DNA of 64,000 nucleotides from Patellaria atrata CBS 101060 (Eukaryota): NCBI GenBank assembly GCA_010093705.1, contig MU006105.1, positions 349,960 to 413,959 of the forward strand, read 5' to 3'. Shown piece by piece: positions 25,001 to 35,321 of this stretch (position 1 is its first letter; each line of letters starts with the position of its first letter). The notes under the pieces were generated by a model. It saw only the letters and a program-made list of their open reading frames with translations, ran no database searches and was not told where the DNA came from. The position numbers and the translations under genes were made by a program.

Positions 25001-25479
25001 ATTACGATTACAGCCACAAAGTGCATTTCGCGCGTGTGCGCGACAGTCGAGGTTTCTGCGCCGGCCAAATCTTCCTCCCTGACCCGGAAACTCTCTCGGC
25101 TGAGGAGAAAGCAACATACACGCCGCCAGACATGCTTTCCGAATTTATCGTCCTCTCGCGCGCCTCTACGAATCCCGATCCCCGCATCGGCCGCGATATC
25201 TTGCATAACACGCCCATGCGCGAGCTCGCCAGTGTCTACTCTATGCCGTATTCTACGGGCCGGAGAGGAGAGGAGAGCGAAGAGGAGGAAGAGGAGCATT
25301 TGGATCCGTTGGCGCAGTTCGATACGAGGGTCTTTGATGATACGACGCCTTGGGGCTTGTTTAATGTGTTGATAGTGGAGAGAAGGGGAGAGGTGGTGTA
25401 TAGGAGGGCGGTGGGACGGGTTCATGTTGCGGCTTTTATGGGACAGGGGGCTTGGGAGGAGGAGTTTTTGTTGGAGTGA
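22063..25479 (+). CDS. HET-domain (heterokaryon incompatibility, TIR-related) protein with a ~340-aa Pro/Gln/Gly/Tyr-rich N-terminal extension
   Basis: Intronless; LCATC, CGFC, YVTLSYTWG, IPKTIRDSI...GERYLWVDALCIIQD, QIGAMGDIY, WYTRAWTLQE, FPSWSWLGW. Confidence 0.93.
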   Translation: MAPSKFRSMFSRSKKDSQDKVQTPAQSNSPYLPPNSQPPPYATNPPTPQQGYARPPLVQNDSGVVFTGHHPQMGQNGMVMVNGKPGGDWELRNGAPQTNVIPTTYHPTNYVPQPAHPQHFDRRSPQPPIYRRPIAPGYDDGYPVIPHPPPPPGSFNPYAGSNAPPQRIVYIEEPEPLPPGRGGYPRQPARFVESEEELVYVPAPPMQGQMRSIPPVTMPNGDQLVFAGMTTMPNGERKPQFMVIPAEEVERGRRVEPVRIFVRDESPDSEPELFTIPVRGGPPGSRRQYPPGRVIEGNGYDSDDEPRVIYNPASDSRFSSRAPSPEPTPDEEGEVNLNRRYDHLPESMVPFWYNKRPKRVGKDSPHYLCATCRRIDFRALFRQDETDTIPKPRDCINLGTLISMAQKQECGFCQLVPRIVATDAGRDLPTTLTEDERKDILRVKLTEMMQNIYYLCPVRFSTTYNIPALYLYNSKELTEASKQSSVFKQHRCMAVRPFSGNEPNTGRRIKNPEVIDFEWIRERIQMCEARDIQGPNRFDITIRAIDIDKMCIVDLEHGARYVTLSYTWGQANQLKLERANEETFRQPGALRTLLGSIPKTIRDSITLVEKIGERYLWVDALCIIQDCPEDKDTQIGAMGDIYRHCLFTLCACCGEDASYGLPGIEPGTRTTRQVISLVGDIVLGNMMPDSEPIENSKWYTRAWTLQENALSQRKLQISDTGVRWWCWHTITPEDQHCRHPYWKEGTPHSGMYFFKTEDDRVVSKIEKNSNFDIYAFIISDYTSRNLTWESDAEKAILGVFNEIDGLFRGRFVWGIPDTELVAGLLWHPVGQSKRRVEPKTGNPLFPSWSWLGWSGVAVYPWLIERTTPMSEFGSPLRFRNIVVKDDSGAPDDEMWITGDDYRGMMTCRVTEMHRWRPDKDGWSYIDEESEAHRWLHPVLEQFFASRRGMTIATNFTHRLHLRTLLTRFTVDQKVHQRKENYDYSHKVHFARVRDSRGFCAGQIFLPDPETLSAEEKATYTPPDMLSEFIVLSRASTNPDPRIGRDILHNTPMRELASVYSMPYSTGRRGEESEEEEEEHLDPLAQFDTRVFDDTTPWGLFNVLIVERRGEVVYRRAVGRVHVAAFMGQGAWEEEFLLE

Positions 25480-26652
25480 GGGACGTAGGGTTGAGGTATG
25501 ATTTTCTTGATTACGGAAGTTAGGAGGGTCTCGTTGGATTATTGCTCTAGCGTCTTTGATTGAAGAGTGAGTGAAGCATCGGGTATGATTCCTGGATTTT
25601 TGACGCCCGGCAGTTGCATGTGTATCATCTGAAATATTTGCAACGGTTAGTATATTTAAGGTATAATGTATTTGACTGTGTTTTAGGTCGATCTGAGTTT
25701 GCGATGTAAGTGGTCGATCCCTTGAGTTTATGAAACAAGCTTTACGTATTCCCCTGGTGGTGCATAAAGCAGTTCTGAGAAGACTTGAACGTCTCTGCGA
25801 TATTTGTACAAGTATCTCTATTTTCAGATTATCGAGATGAGAGACTAATTGAGATGATTGCTTGATTGTTTTCTACGTGTCGAGGTAAATCTCATTATAT
25901 ACCAGAGCCATAGTGATCTGTTGAGTCGTTGAGAGATATGTTCCGTGGTTCATATATACACCACCTTTCAACATCTCCGCTCTAATCACGACACCTATCA
26001 TCATAGTAAGGTATTCGAGAGCAGAGCAGAGCAACTGAATCATCTGAATCATCTGAATTCTTCACTGTCATCATTTCTTTCACCAAACCCATTTCACGTA
26101 TCACGTCCATGTTCCAGAATCTCCACTGGGTAGGGATATATATTAACCCCTGAGGGCAATCTATATATCGACCGCAAGACAAGCTTTCCATGTCAGGTGC
26201 TTGTCACGATCCCATCGACAATTCCCCTTTGATTAACATAGGGTTTTTCAGAGCGCTGAAACAAATCCCACTCCTCGTTTTCCCTTTTCTCCGCACGCGC
26301 CTTGGAAATGGCACTTTCATGCTCATATGCAAACCAGCATTCTAAACTTGGATACAAGCTTGGGGTCTAGAAGCCTCGTTGCCCGGTGCGCAGCAGACAC
26401 GGATAGCATGATTAAATAGCGGTACCCTTCCTAGTATTCGTTAAAACCTGTACACACGTCTGGTTCCGATGATGAGAGTGCAGACGTCATAAGGGTCCGT
26501 CGTCGCCTTACGAATTATCCAAACACCGTCATCAAAAGCATAAAACCCAACTTCCCTCTTCCCCATATCTCATCAGGAAGAAGAAAAAAAACCCCACCTA
26601 CCTTAAACCAGCTCCACATATCACCAACTCACACCACCCCATCTCGCCCGCA

Positions 26653-27582
26653 ATGCTCCATCTTAATCCGAACTTTCCCGCCCTGTTCCTCACCCTCCTC
26701 ACTCTCTCCGCCGCCTCCGTCCCCAAAGCACCACCAAAACGCATAATGCCTCTCGGCGCCTCCATCGTCTCCGTCTGTCTCCGTCCTCCCCCTCTCCCTC
26801 CCAACCCATTAACACACCCAGGGCTGCTGGCGCGCGCACCTCTCGACTCTTCTCAATGCTGCCTCCCTGCCCTTCGATTTCGTCGGTACCCTCTCCGGGC
26901 CCACCAACTGCGGTATCCCCTTCGATGCCGATCACGAAGGCCACTCTGGCTTCAAGGCCACCGGCATCGTGGGGAACGACACCTTTCTGCCTTCATGGTT
27001 GCGGGCGACACGGCCGGATGTGGTCATGATGCTGTTGGGGACGAACGACGTGTGGGGTGGTGGTATAACGGCGGAGGAGATTCTAAAGGCGTATGAGGGA
27101 TTGGTGGGGGATATGAGAACGGAGAATGATGATATGAGGATCCTGGTACGTGAGAGCCTTTGTGTTCTATCTTGTTTTTTTGTTTTCGTTAGGGAAGGGG
27201 CTGTTTCGTGGTCCTGCTCCCGTATCCGGCTGTCTTGCCTGGACTAATCTTTCCCATCTTCCCGTAGTTGATGTTGATGTTGTTGATGTTGTTGATGTTG
27301 TTGCTCTCATATTAACCCACAAAGATCGCACAACTTCCCCCCATGCGGCCCTCGAATTGCGCAGACTGCTACGAGCGCGTCAAAGAGCTGAACCGGGCCA
27401 TCATGGCCTGGGTGCCGGGGCAGAGCACGCCGAGGTCGCGCATCACGGTTGTGGATGCGTGGACGCCGTTTAATACGACTGAGGATATGAGGGATGGGGT
27501 TCATCCGAATGAGGGGAGTGGGACGAGGAAGATGGCGGAGGTGTGGTTTGGGCCGCTGAGTGGGGTGTTGAGGGAAGGGTAG
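26653..27582 (+). CDS. Secreted SGNH hydrolase, CE3 acetylxylan esterase-like; exons 26653-26772, 26822-27145, 27325-27582
   Basis: Signal peptide; RIMPLGASI, DFVG, HEGHSG, PDVVMMLLGTND, DGVHPN. Confidence 0.9.
27266..27304. repeat. (GTT/GAT)n trinucleotide microsatellite in intron 2 of the SGNH gene
   Basis: gttgatgttgatgttgttgatgttgttgatgttgttg read directly. Confidence 0.8.
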
Positions 27583-28439
27583 GGGGGCCTATCTGTTAGT
27601 GTTGTTGTTGTTGCATTGAGGATGGTAGTTGGAGGGTGAGAATAAAGGGTGTGGCTGGCTTTTTTGTAGTATTGGGCGGGCTTTTTTGTGGGGGATGGAA
27701 GGGCGATGTAGCTTATTTTGCGATGACTGAGATTGTTGGTTCTGAGGAAGAGTATGCAGCTTATGGACTGTTCGGTTGATGTAGGATGATATATTCTGGA
27801 TGAAAACACAACTTTTTCTTCGATTAACTGTAGTGGAAACTCCTCTGTAAGGTCCGCAGAATTCACTAGTCTTATCTGTCTCCTGAAGGGATATCTGAGT
27901 TGAGGTAGACCGTCTAGGAAATTTTTGTCATCAGCTCTCTGCAATCCTAGCTGAGTCTCGATGCTCTTTTTCATTCTTAACTCCCCGGTTTCGTGCTAGA
28001 AAGGTAAATGTGCTTAGAATGGATGCGTGCGGATGAACCACTAATATGGGAGAGGGTTAGCGTAGCTTTATCTCATTGATGTGGATAATTGGGGTATGTA
28101 GAACAAAACATTGCGCATAAGCACCTGTTATTGCTCAGGACTCAAGACTCAACTGTAATCTAGGGATGTTTCCTTCTTGGGTCCTATTATTAATTCTCCT
28201 GGCATTTTTCTTTCCATCTTTGAGAATCCCGCGGAGCAAGTTACGCATTCTATATTCCTAACTTCTTTTTGAAAACTTCCTCTTTTACCTAAAGCAATGG
28301 AACTAGGAAAGTCCCTAATCCACGAAGTTTATACAGGTAAATTTATATATTGCGTTCCCGGCTTGGTGCATGCGGTATCCCGTCGAATGAAAAGGATAAC
28401 ATGATCTCTTTCTCCCGCTATGTTTTCGGCACGGCTTAT

Positions 28440-29344
28440 CCCGGTAGAGATGGTATGGATACTAACTAGAACTCGCCCTGCAGATGCTAATCCAGCTTGA
28501 CAGGCGAGGGTACGGATTACTGGTGGTTTGTCCAGGCGTACTCTTCCCTATGTATGAATACTGCTGGGTAGCAATGAGAGTACGTCTAATGCGTATGGTT
28601 AAGGTACAATCATCTAAGGAACCTTATCGGAGTAGACAAGGTTAGTCCAAGTGTAAAGGGGAGCTCCCTTTTGGAAATTCGTGGCTGAGCAGAACTGACA
28701 TGCGTTGTGTTGATGACGACGGAGTGGATGCTTCCCTTTGCACCACATGGGTGATGGAGGTCTCTAAATGGTAGGATCAAGCTGCCATGGATGCAGGTAC
28801 CGCATTTCGATATTTATAGAGTTTCTCTTTCACGCGATAGTGACGTAAAAGGTTTCGAGATATCCTGCTGAACACTCTCGGGACGGAGGAATCTCTTTTG
28901 GTGTTGGACGTTCCAATGTCATGTTCTCCATAATCCAACACCACGTGAAACATCCAGTTTACTTCAGGTATTGCCAACCATGCGATATTTCGGTTAGGTT
29001 CACGGTTACCATATCAGATGCTCTTCAAGAACCGGTTGGCCGAACACAAGATTTCAGCGCGATTTGTTTCGTTTGACATCCCCACTGGTACTCCAACCGA
29101 GTCTTCAGACGTGTAATTGTAGACGCATATGTTTCCCCTTACATCGTAAGTTTTGAGAAATGAGCCTCAAAAATACGCCGGGATGCTTGGAGAACTGTTC
29201 ATTCCTAGGATAAGCGATCTGAGAATTACTGTCTCGAGGTGATATTTTTTCGGGAGAGATGGATCGCTGGTACATATCCCCATCGGACTGTAGACTCCGA
29301 ACTATTGGATCTTCGCGGACTGTCTTATCATAAAAAGGTTTCAT
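28440..29344 (-). pseudogene. Decayed fragment of a Tc-toxin B subunit (SpvB-domain / TcB-TcC-type) gene
   Basis: Manual translation: TYDVRGNICVYNYTSEDSVGV...ETNRAEILCSANRFLKSI*YGNREPNR...WMFHVVLDYGEHD, matching the SpvB/TcB motifs YD.KGN...Y.Y..ED, ANRYLK.I.YGN and WMFEVVFDYGEHD; TGA at 29014-29016 plus frameshifts. Boundaries approximate. Confidence 0.8.
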
Positions 29345-29470
29345 AACGGAGACCGAGACTGGTTTGCATTTCCTGTCTTTTTTGAACTTTTGTACCGGGT
29401 CTTTCGCTCTAGTTGTTTTGAAGACGTCGGACTCATCATGATCGAGATATTATATATTCCTGGGACCCTT

Positions 29471-31080
29471 TCACTGCAGTGAATGAGGTCCGCAGTATAG
29501 AATCCAAAAGGTGTGAAAACATTTTCTAGGACTGCTAATTTGGAACATTATTCGGCATGCGTGCGATGCGAATGTCTGTGATGCGGGAGGAGCCCCGGTC
29601 CCCACACCTTCCATTACTACAACAACCGTCGGTGTGATGTATGCCGTCCTTGATAGGAACGTATTCCTTCAAATGCTGCCTGAACGTCGACATGATGAAT
29701 TCACGGTCGTTTGCATCCCGAGTATCCTTGCACCCAACTCAACGGAAGCCCCATTCATCTTTCTTACTTTGTCTGTTTAGCCAAGGCACAAGAATCATAC
29801 TTCCATATCTCAATTCCTCTCGGTCATAGGACCCCTCATTCCCTTCATGCGAAGAACATTCGCTGCTTGCCAATTCTGCATCAGATACTTCGGAGTCAGC
29901 ATCTTCATCGCAAGAATTTTCACCGCTTGTGGATCCGGCATTCTTCAGTTTTTGGTCGAATGTGAAGCTTGATTCGCTATTGTCGCCGTCCCCTTCAGTA
30001 TGGCCCTCATTCCCTAAAATCGTCTCCGGTGTCGACCTTCGGCTAGTAAGACCAAGGGTGCTAACGCTCTCGTTGTCGATGTCCTCAATAGGGAACTTTG
30101 GATTCGTGTTCCTCTCTTGTTCGTTGAATTCGCTTTCCGAAACGCCCAATCTCTCCGCGCGCTCTATCTTTTTCCTAATGACTTTCATCTTGTAATCGTT
30201 GCGTTTCTTCGTACGTGCAATTTGCTTGGCTTTTTGCCTCCGCGCGTATTCGGCTCTTTCCGCTTGCGCCTGTTTTTCAAATTTTCTAATCTTCTTTTTG
30301 TACAACTTTAGGACCGCAAGATCAGCGTTCGCAGTGTAATCCTGCATGGCCTGTAGTGAGCCGTGGAGCGCAATGCCCGCGTCGCGTGGGGAATCGCGAG
30401 CAATCAACGAAACATAGTCCTTTTGAAGCCACGGGATAGAACCATAGTATCCAGGATAACCCAAGAATTGGGGCAATGTATCAAGGGCTTCCGGGGTCAA
30501 CCCATACTCCAACACAGCGTCGAGTTTTCGAAGCGGGGCGTATTTGTTCTTGTCGAGAAGGCGCCGGTCCTTGTCGAGGACGCACCGACAACAGAGCCTC
30601 TCAAAGCTCACGAGGTACATGTATCCTCCAAAGTCGCCGCACTCGAAGCAAACGCTTACACAGAGTTTATTAAAGAGGGCTTGGAGGGGCTTGAAGGGTG
30701 ATTCTGTCAGCAGTCTTGATCGCACGGAGGCCCCGGAGAACATCATGCGCCTGGCAGTTGATTCTTTTAAACTGTGGATGCGCATTAACGACCTCAAAGG
30801 CTCTTCTTTTGGTGGCTTTGAACTTGTTAAGGCTGGATATATCGAGCCATGAGATTATTTCATTCATCATCTCCAGCGATAGCACATCCAGGTTGCCCAA
30901 AAGTGCAGTCGGCAATGCTACCCGTGGGAGAATGATCGTGAACACTATGAAGAAGTCGCGGCTGTTGTCGATATTTGGAATATTGTGGCCTAGCATTCGC
31001 GGCGGGCGAGATTGCCAGCCGAAATATGCTTGTTCTGCCAGTTGTAGTGTTCTGTGATGGAGTTAAGAATGGAATGCCAT
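29471..31080 (-). pseudogene. F-box protein pseudogene (F-box, CxxCG.FG.Y...C..C region, C-terminal EWGF.C.GC)
   Basis: LGNLDVLSLEMMNEII..LDI.SL F-box; frameshift from a 10-bp imperfect tandem duplication at 30678-30697; TGA at 29739-29741 in EWGFR*VGC; TAA at 31063-31065 after ATG 31080. Confidence 0.8.
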
Positions 31081-31921
31081 TGACGTCGAAGTTGGGGGGT
31101 TGGGCGTAGCGCCAGAGGTGTAACGAATTTGGCCGAAAGAAGTCGCCCATCTTATGAATAGCATTCAAAATTCCGGATGCGAGGTTTTTGGAGTTGAGTT
31201 GCAGAAAAAGACGCGGTGAATATATGAGGTAACTGAGGTGGCTCCAGGTGTCTATGCGCTTTTCTCACTGCCTTGTAACTGTATTCTTGTCAAGCGCGCG
31301 ACAAGTCGGGTGAGTCCATGTATCTTACATTGATCATTGGAGGCCATATCCGGAAATATAGCGGTTTCCTGCCTTTCACTCGAAACAAACATCAAGGTGT
31401 ATAGCGAAGGGAAGATACCGTAGCCGTAGCACGTATGCGAATCATACAACTCGTAGCAGGCTACTCCCAGGCGCTTCACCCGTCTGTGATCTCGCATGGG
31501 CTACGTGGTCCAAAAAGGTATATTTTAGCTTTTTCTCTTACTGTACGTACGCAGGATTTTACTTAGAATAGCGCACTCATAGTTTCTCGTCTTAACCGGG
31601 GCCCGCCGAGCCATCGTTTTCAACAAGTAGTACGGGTAATCCGTTGAGTGGTTGAATAGATACCTAATACGTTCTATGATCAAAGATATTATAGCCCGAC
31701 GCCGCTACGAGCGACTGTGCACTAAGTAGCCGTACAGTAAATTGAGACTATGATCATATAAGCTTTGAGTTGCTCACGAGGACCGATGAGTCTATCATAC
31801 CGAGAATATCAAGGGCTGGAAAGTTATTAGGTAGGTAGGTTTGTAGATGTATGCCCCTTCTCGGAGCTATCTCCTTCTAGCATCTAACTAGGGCTTTTTT
31901 TTGGTGGTATCTTAGCTAGTA

Positions 31922-32113
31922 GGAAGTAATAGAAATAAAGTAAAATAATATTATTCTTTATAAAAATTTAATTTAATTCTATAGATTTAAATATTAATAG
32001 AAAATAATCGAGTAACGTTATATAAGGTAATAATAAAAATCTATATAGAGACCCGCGTATAAAGAGTTAAATATACTATTACTTTTACTTCTAATCTATC
32101 CCTATTACCCTCC
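31922..32113. mobile_element. AT-rich, RIP-like degenerate MITE or transposon end (~190 bp)
   Basis: Right end CCTATTACCCTCC|TA; left end TA|GGAAGTAATAGAAATAAA looks like a G->A-mutated copy of the same TIR; very AT-rich interior; homologous to 19051-19139. Confidence 0.55.
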
Positions 32114-32212
32114 TATCGTTTACAGCCTCGCACCACATAAAAATACAGGTACATATCCACCTTCTCGTTAAGAGTCATATCTACATTCCATCCATTTGCC
32201 CCACCTGTATGT

Positions 32213-34665
32213 CTACGTTGCCAAAATAGCAGCAGCCACCAAAATCCCATTGGCGGTCTTCGTAACCCACTCAGCCGCGAGCGTCAAATTTCCACCCTGC
32301 GTCGCTTCCGTGATTCCAGGGAACGTTACTGGTGCATACCCTAGATTTGTATTAGCAAATACGTCCCCAAAAACTCCGAAAGGGTATGTTTACCTGTGTC
32401 AAGACCCGGTGCAGTGATGACATGCCTATAAAACTCTCTTGCCGGTAAACCACCTTGGGACGTGAAACCCCTCGAGAAATCCCTATACTTATGATTAACT
32501 ACTTTGATAAGGTCCGCATCCCCTGACTGTACTGCTTGAGTTTCAAGCGCCTTGACTTGATTTGCCGCAATCTCGAAGGTATCGATAGCATCGTGGAGCT
32601 CTGATGTATCGAGGTCGCCATCTGCGCCGGCGATTACCTCTTCTAGCTCCTCGTAGTAGGCATGTAGCTCGGTTGTAAAATTTGGAACGTCAAAGGGAAT
32701 GATCTCGTCGGTTGCCATGTGGTAAGCGAGCAGGGCGAGGTATTGACCCATAGCTTTGTGATAGAGAAATCCGGGATCGCCAAAGGTAGACATCCAGTGG
32801 TAACTATCGTAGTCGGAGTGGTAGTGCCAGATTGGATCGGTAGGGCTGCCGCCCGCGCCGACGTCGAGCTATTTATTGTCTTAGTACATAAATTATTACC
32901 CTTGAGGAAAGGGTCCTTACAGCGCTAATACCACGGTGTAGGAATGACGTATAGTCACTTCCGCTTCCCAGAACACCAATTTCTCCCTCAGTGAATTCGT
33001 ACCAGCGATCGTACCAAGTCTGATTGTAAACACCGTCGACGGGCCAGATGATCTTCTTCGCGATCTCAGTAGCTATCGTGTGGAGCTCAGGGGTTGCTGA
33101 AAGATCAGGAACAGATCCGCTCACTCCGACATCTATGTTTAAGTACGTGACGGCCGTTTCGGTGAGCCACGGGATGTACTCTTCAACCCATTCCGTTGAA
33201 CCGATTAGGCCGTACTCCTCGCCATCCCACGAACCAAGGACGCTATTAACAGTCAGACTGGAGTTTGCGTAGTAGAATGAGCGAGCTTACATATTTCGTC
33301 TCGGCTTCCAACCAGTCTCTAACAATGCTCCAAAGGCTTTACTTAACTCAATCATAATAGCAGAACCCGAATTCGGATCACCAGCACCACCTACAATCCA
33401 CGCATCACGATGATTTCCAATAATAATCGTTTCATCAGCGTTAGTTCCATTGATATATCCAATAGCATTCCAGATCGGTGAGTAAGTTTCATTATTCACG
33501 TTGGTCATGGAAACCACTGCACCGGGAGCAGGCCCAGTACTGTAAGTCGCGTTCAGAGCTCCAACCCACCTTGTCCTGTTCACTTCCACGCCAGAAGTCC
33601 CGTGACCATCTAGTGCTTGGAGTAGAGGAGTAGCATCAAGTTGGGAAATAGGGATGGACGGGATATGTGGTATGTTTACAAACCGGTCAGAACGCGGAGA
33701 ATCCTCACGAGATGGGTATCCAGGTGTCGTTGGATCTCCCGGATAGGTCGATAGAAAAGCAACGGAACCTCTTTGCACAGAAGTTGGGTTGCGAGCGGGA
33801 CCATCTAACAATCTCAGTATAACTTATAGTGTTTAGAACTACGGGATTAATACCTGGATATGCGAGGTATCCGTTTGCTTCAGTGATATTCCCGTCATCG
33901 CCGGGATCAGTGAAGATGAGAGTCCCGATTAGACCGTAATCTTGTGAGTTCTTCACCTTCAGACCTCGAAAGGGGCCGCCATATTTTGCAAGGGCAATTT
34001 TTCCTTCTAGCGGAACTCCAAGAGCAATAAGGCGATCGAAATCGACCTTTTGTCCTCGACTGCGAGCAGGTTAGTATACGAATTTGTAAAGGCGGTAATA
34101 TGGAGGCCATACCCAACATAGACAAATTCTGCGGAAGCATTTCCTATGGGTCGTTGATTTAGTTGCCAGACCATACTTTATACCCAAGCTTTGAATTACC
34201 TGTAAAAGAATATCCATGAAATGTAGGCACGCGATCAGGATAAGTCGTCGTGATATCTTCTTCTAGACGGGCCTCTTCCAAAGCAAAATCCGTCGTACTT
34301 CCATCCGGTAATGTCAAAGTAAGAGACTTGCTGAGAGGATAACTCAGAAACACGACATATTCCGCCAATCCAGCCGTAAAACCATTCTCGCTCCACCTGT
34401 CAGCGGTCCACTGAGCCTGTGACTTGTTATGTCCAGCGATATGCTCTCCCAGCGCGTAATACGCCGACCACTGGCTGATGGTATTGTTATCGAACGAATT
34501 GACGAGGATTTGTTCCTCAGTGGTCAAAACAGGGGGAAAGACGTCAGCCCGTTTAGCATATTTGCGACGATGGGCATGTTGAAGGAGAGGAGAGGCAAGG
34601 TGCTCTCTCACGCAGGCGAAGGCGAGACCCGCCAATGGGAGGGTTAGCAGCAATTGAGCACGCAT
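32213..34665 (-). CDS. Secreted M28 glutamate carboxypeptidase (PA and TfR-dimer domains; PSMA/Vps70-like), multi-exon
   Basis: Signal peptide; VPTFHGYS, YGGPFRGLKV, SVQRGSV, IIIGNHRDAW, AGDPNSGSA, SWDGEEYGLIGSTEWVEE, LGSGSDYTSF, YRHVITAPG...GYAPVTFPG. Confidence 0.93.
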
Positions 34666-35321
34666 GTTAGGTAGAAATCAATTGAAATTTTCTCGAAGAG
34701 CAGAGCTTCACCCGGAGCGGTACCGTCAGTCCATAAGTACCTGACAGCAGAGCTCTACCATCCATGCTGACAAGCTCGGTGACATGGACATTCCAATTGC
34801 AATCCGATGCAGGCATGTCGTCATATTCAAAGGTAACGAAGTGTAGCCTAGTCTGGGGTTATCTTGGAGTTTTCTCCTCTAAGGCAGGCAGGATCCTCTC
34901 ATCGAAGCCAATTCCATGTGTGAACGGCTATTGTATCTTTAATTACCTGCCTCATTCGTAAAACCCAAGGATGCGGGCAGAACGTGGGATCAGCAAGAAG
35001 CGGGGAGGAAGGTGCCGATGGTGAGTGAAAGATGGGAAGGAGCTGGTCAAGCTGCTGGAAGCTCCCCTGCTCGTATTCTTGGCTATGAACAACTTGAACG
35101 CCGGCCTTAAGAACTCCGATTCGTCTCGCCAATCAAAGAAGATGAATACCACCGCTGACTAACCCTCGAGTTCCGTCCAACGCCCGCCCCGGATTTCTTG
35201 CAGATATCTTGCACTTCTCACTGCTCCCCTCACGCCATTCCCTTGGTCTCTTATGTTCCCAGAGTGTTCCCCATGTTGGTATCACCCCCAAGTCCTTACC
35301 GCTCTTACATAGCCTAGGTAA

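Noticed and set aside
29739..29741. TGA at a conserved Cys position as selenocysteine or readthrough/editing
   Set aside because: The gene also has a frameshift and another stop; Dikarya lack Sec machinery; A-to-I editing would give Trp, not Cys.
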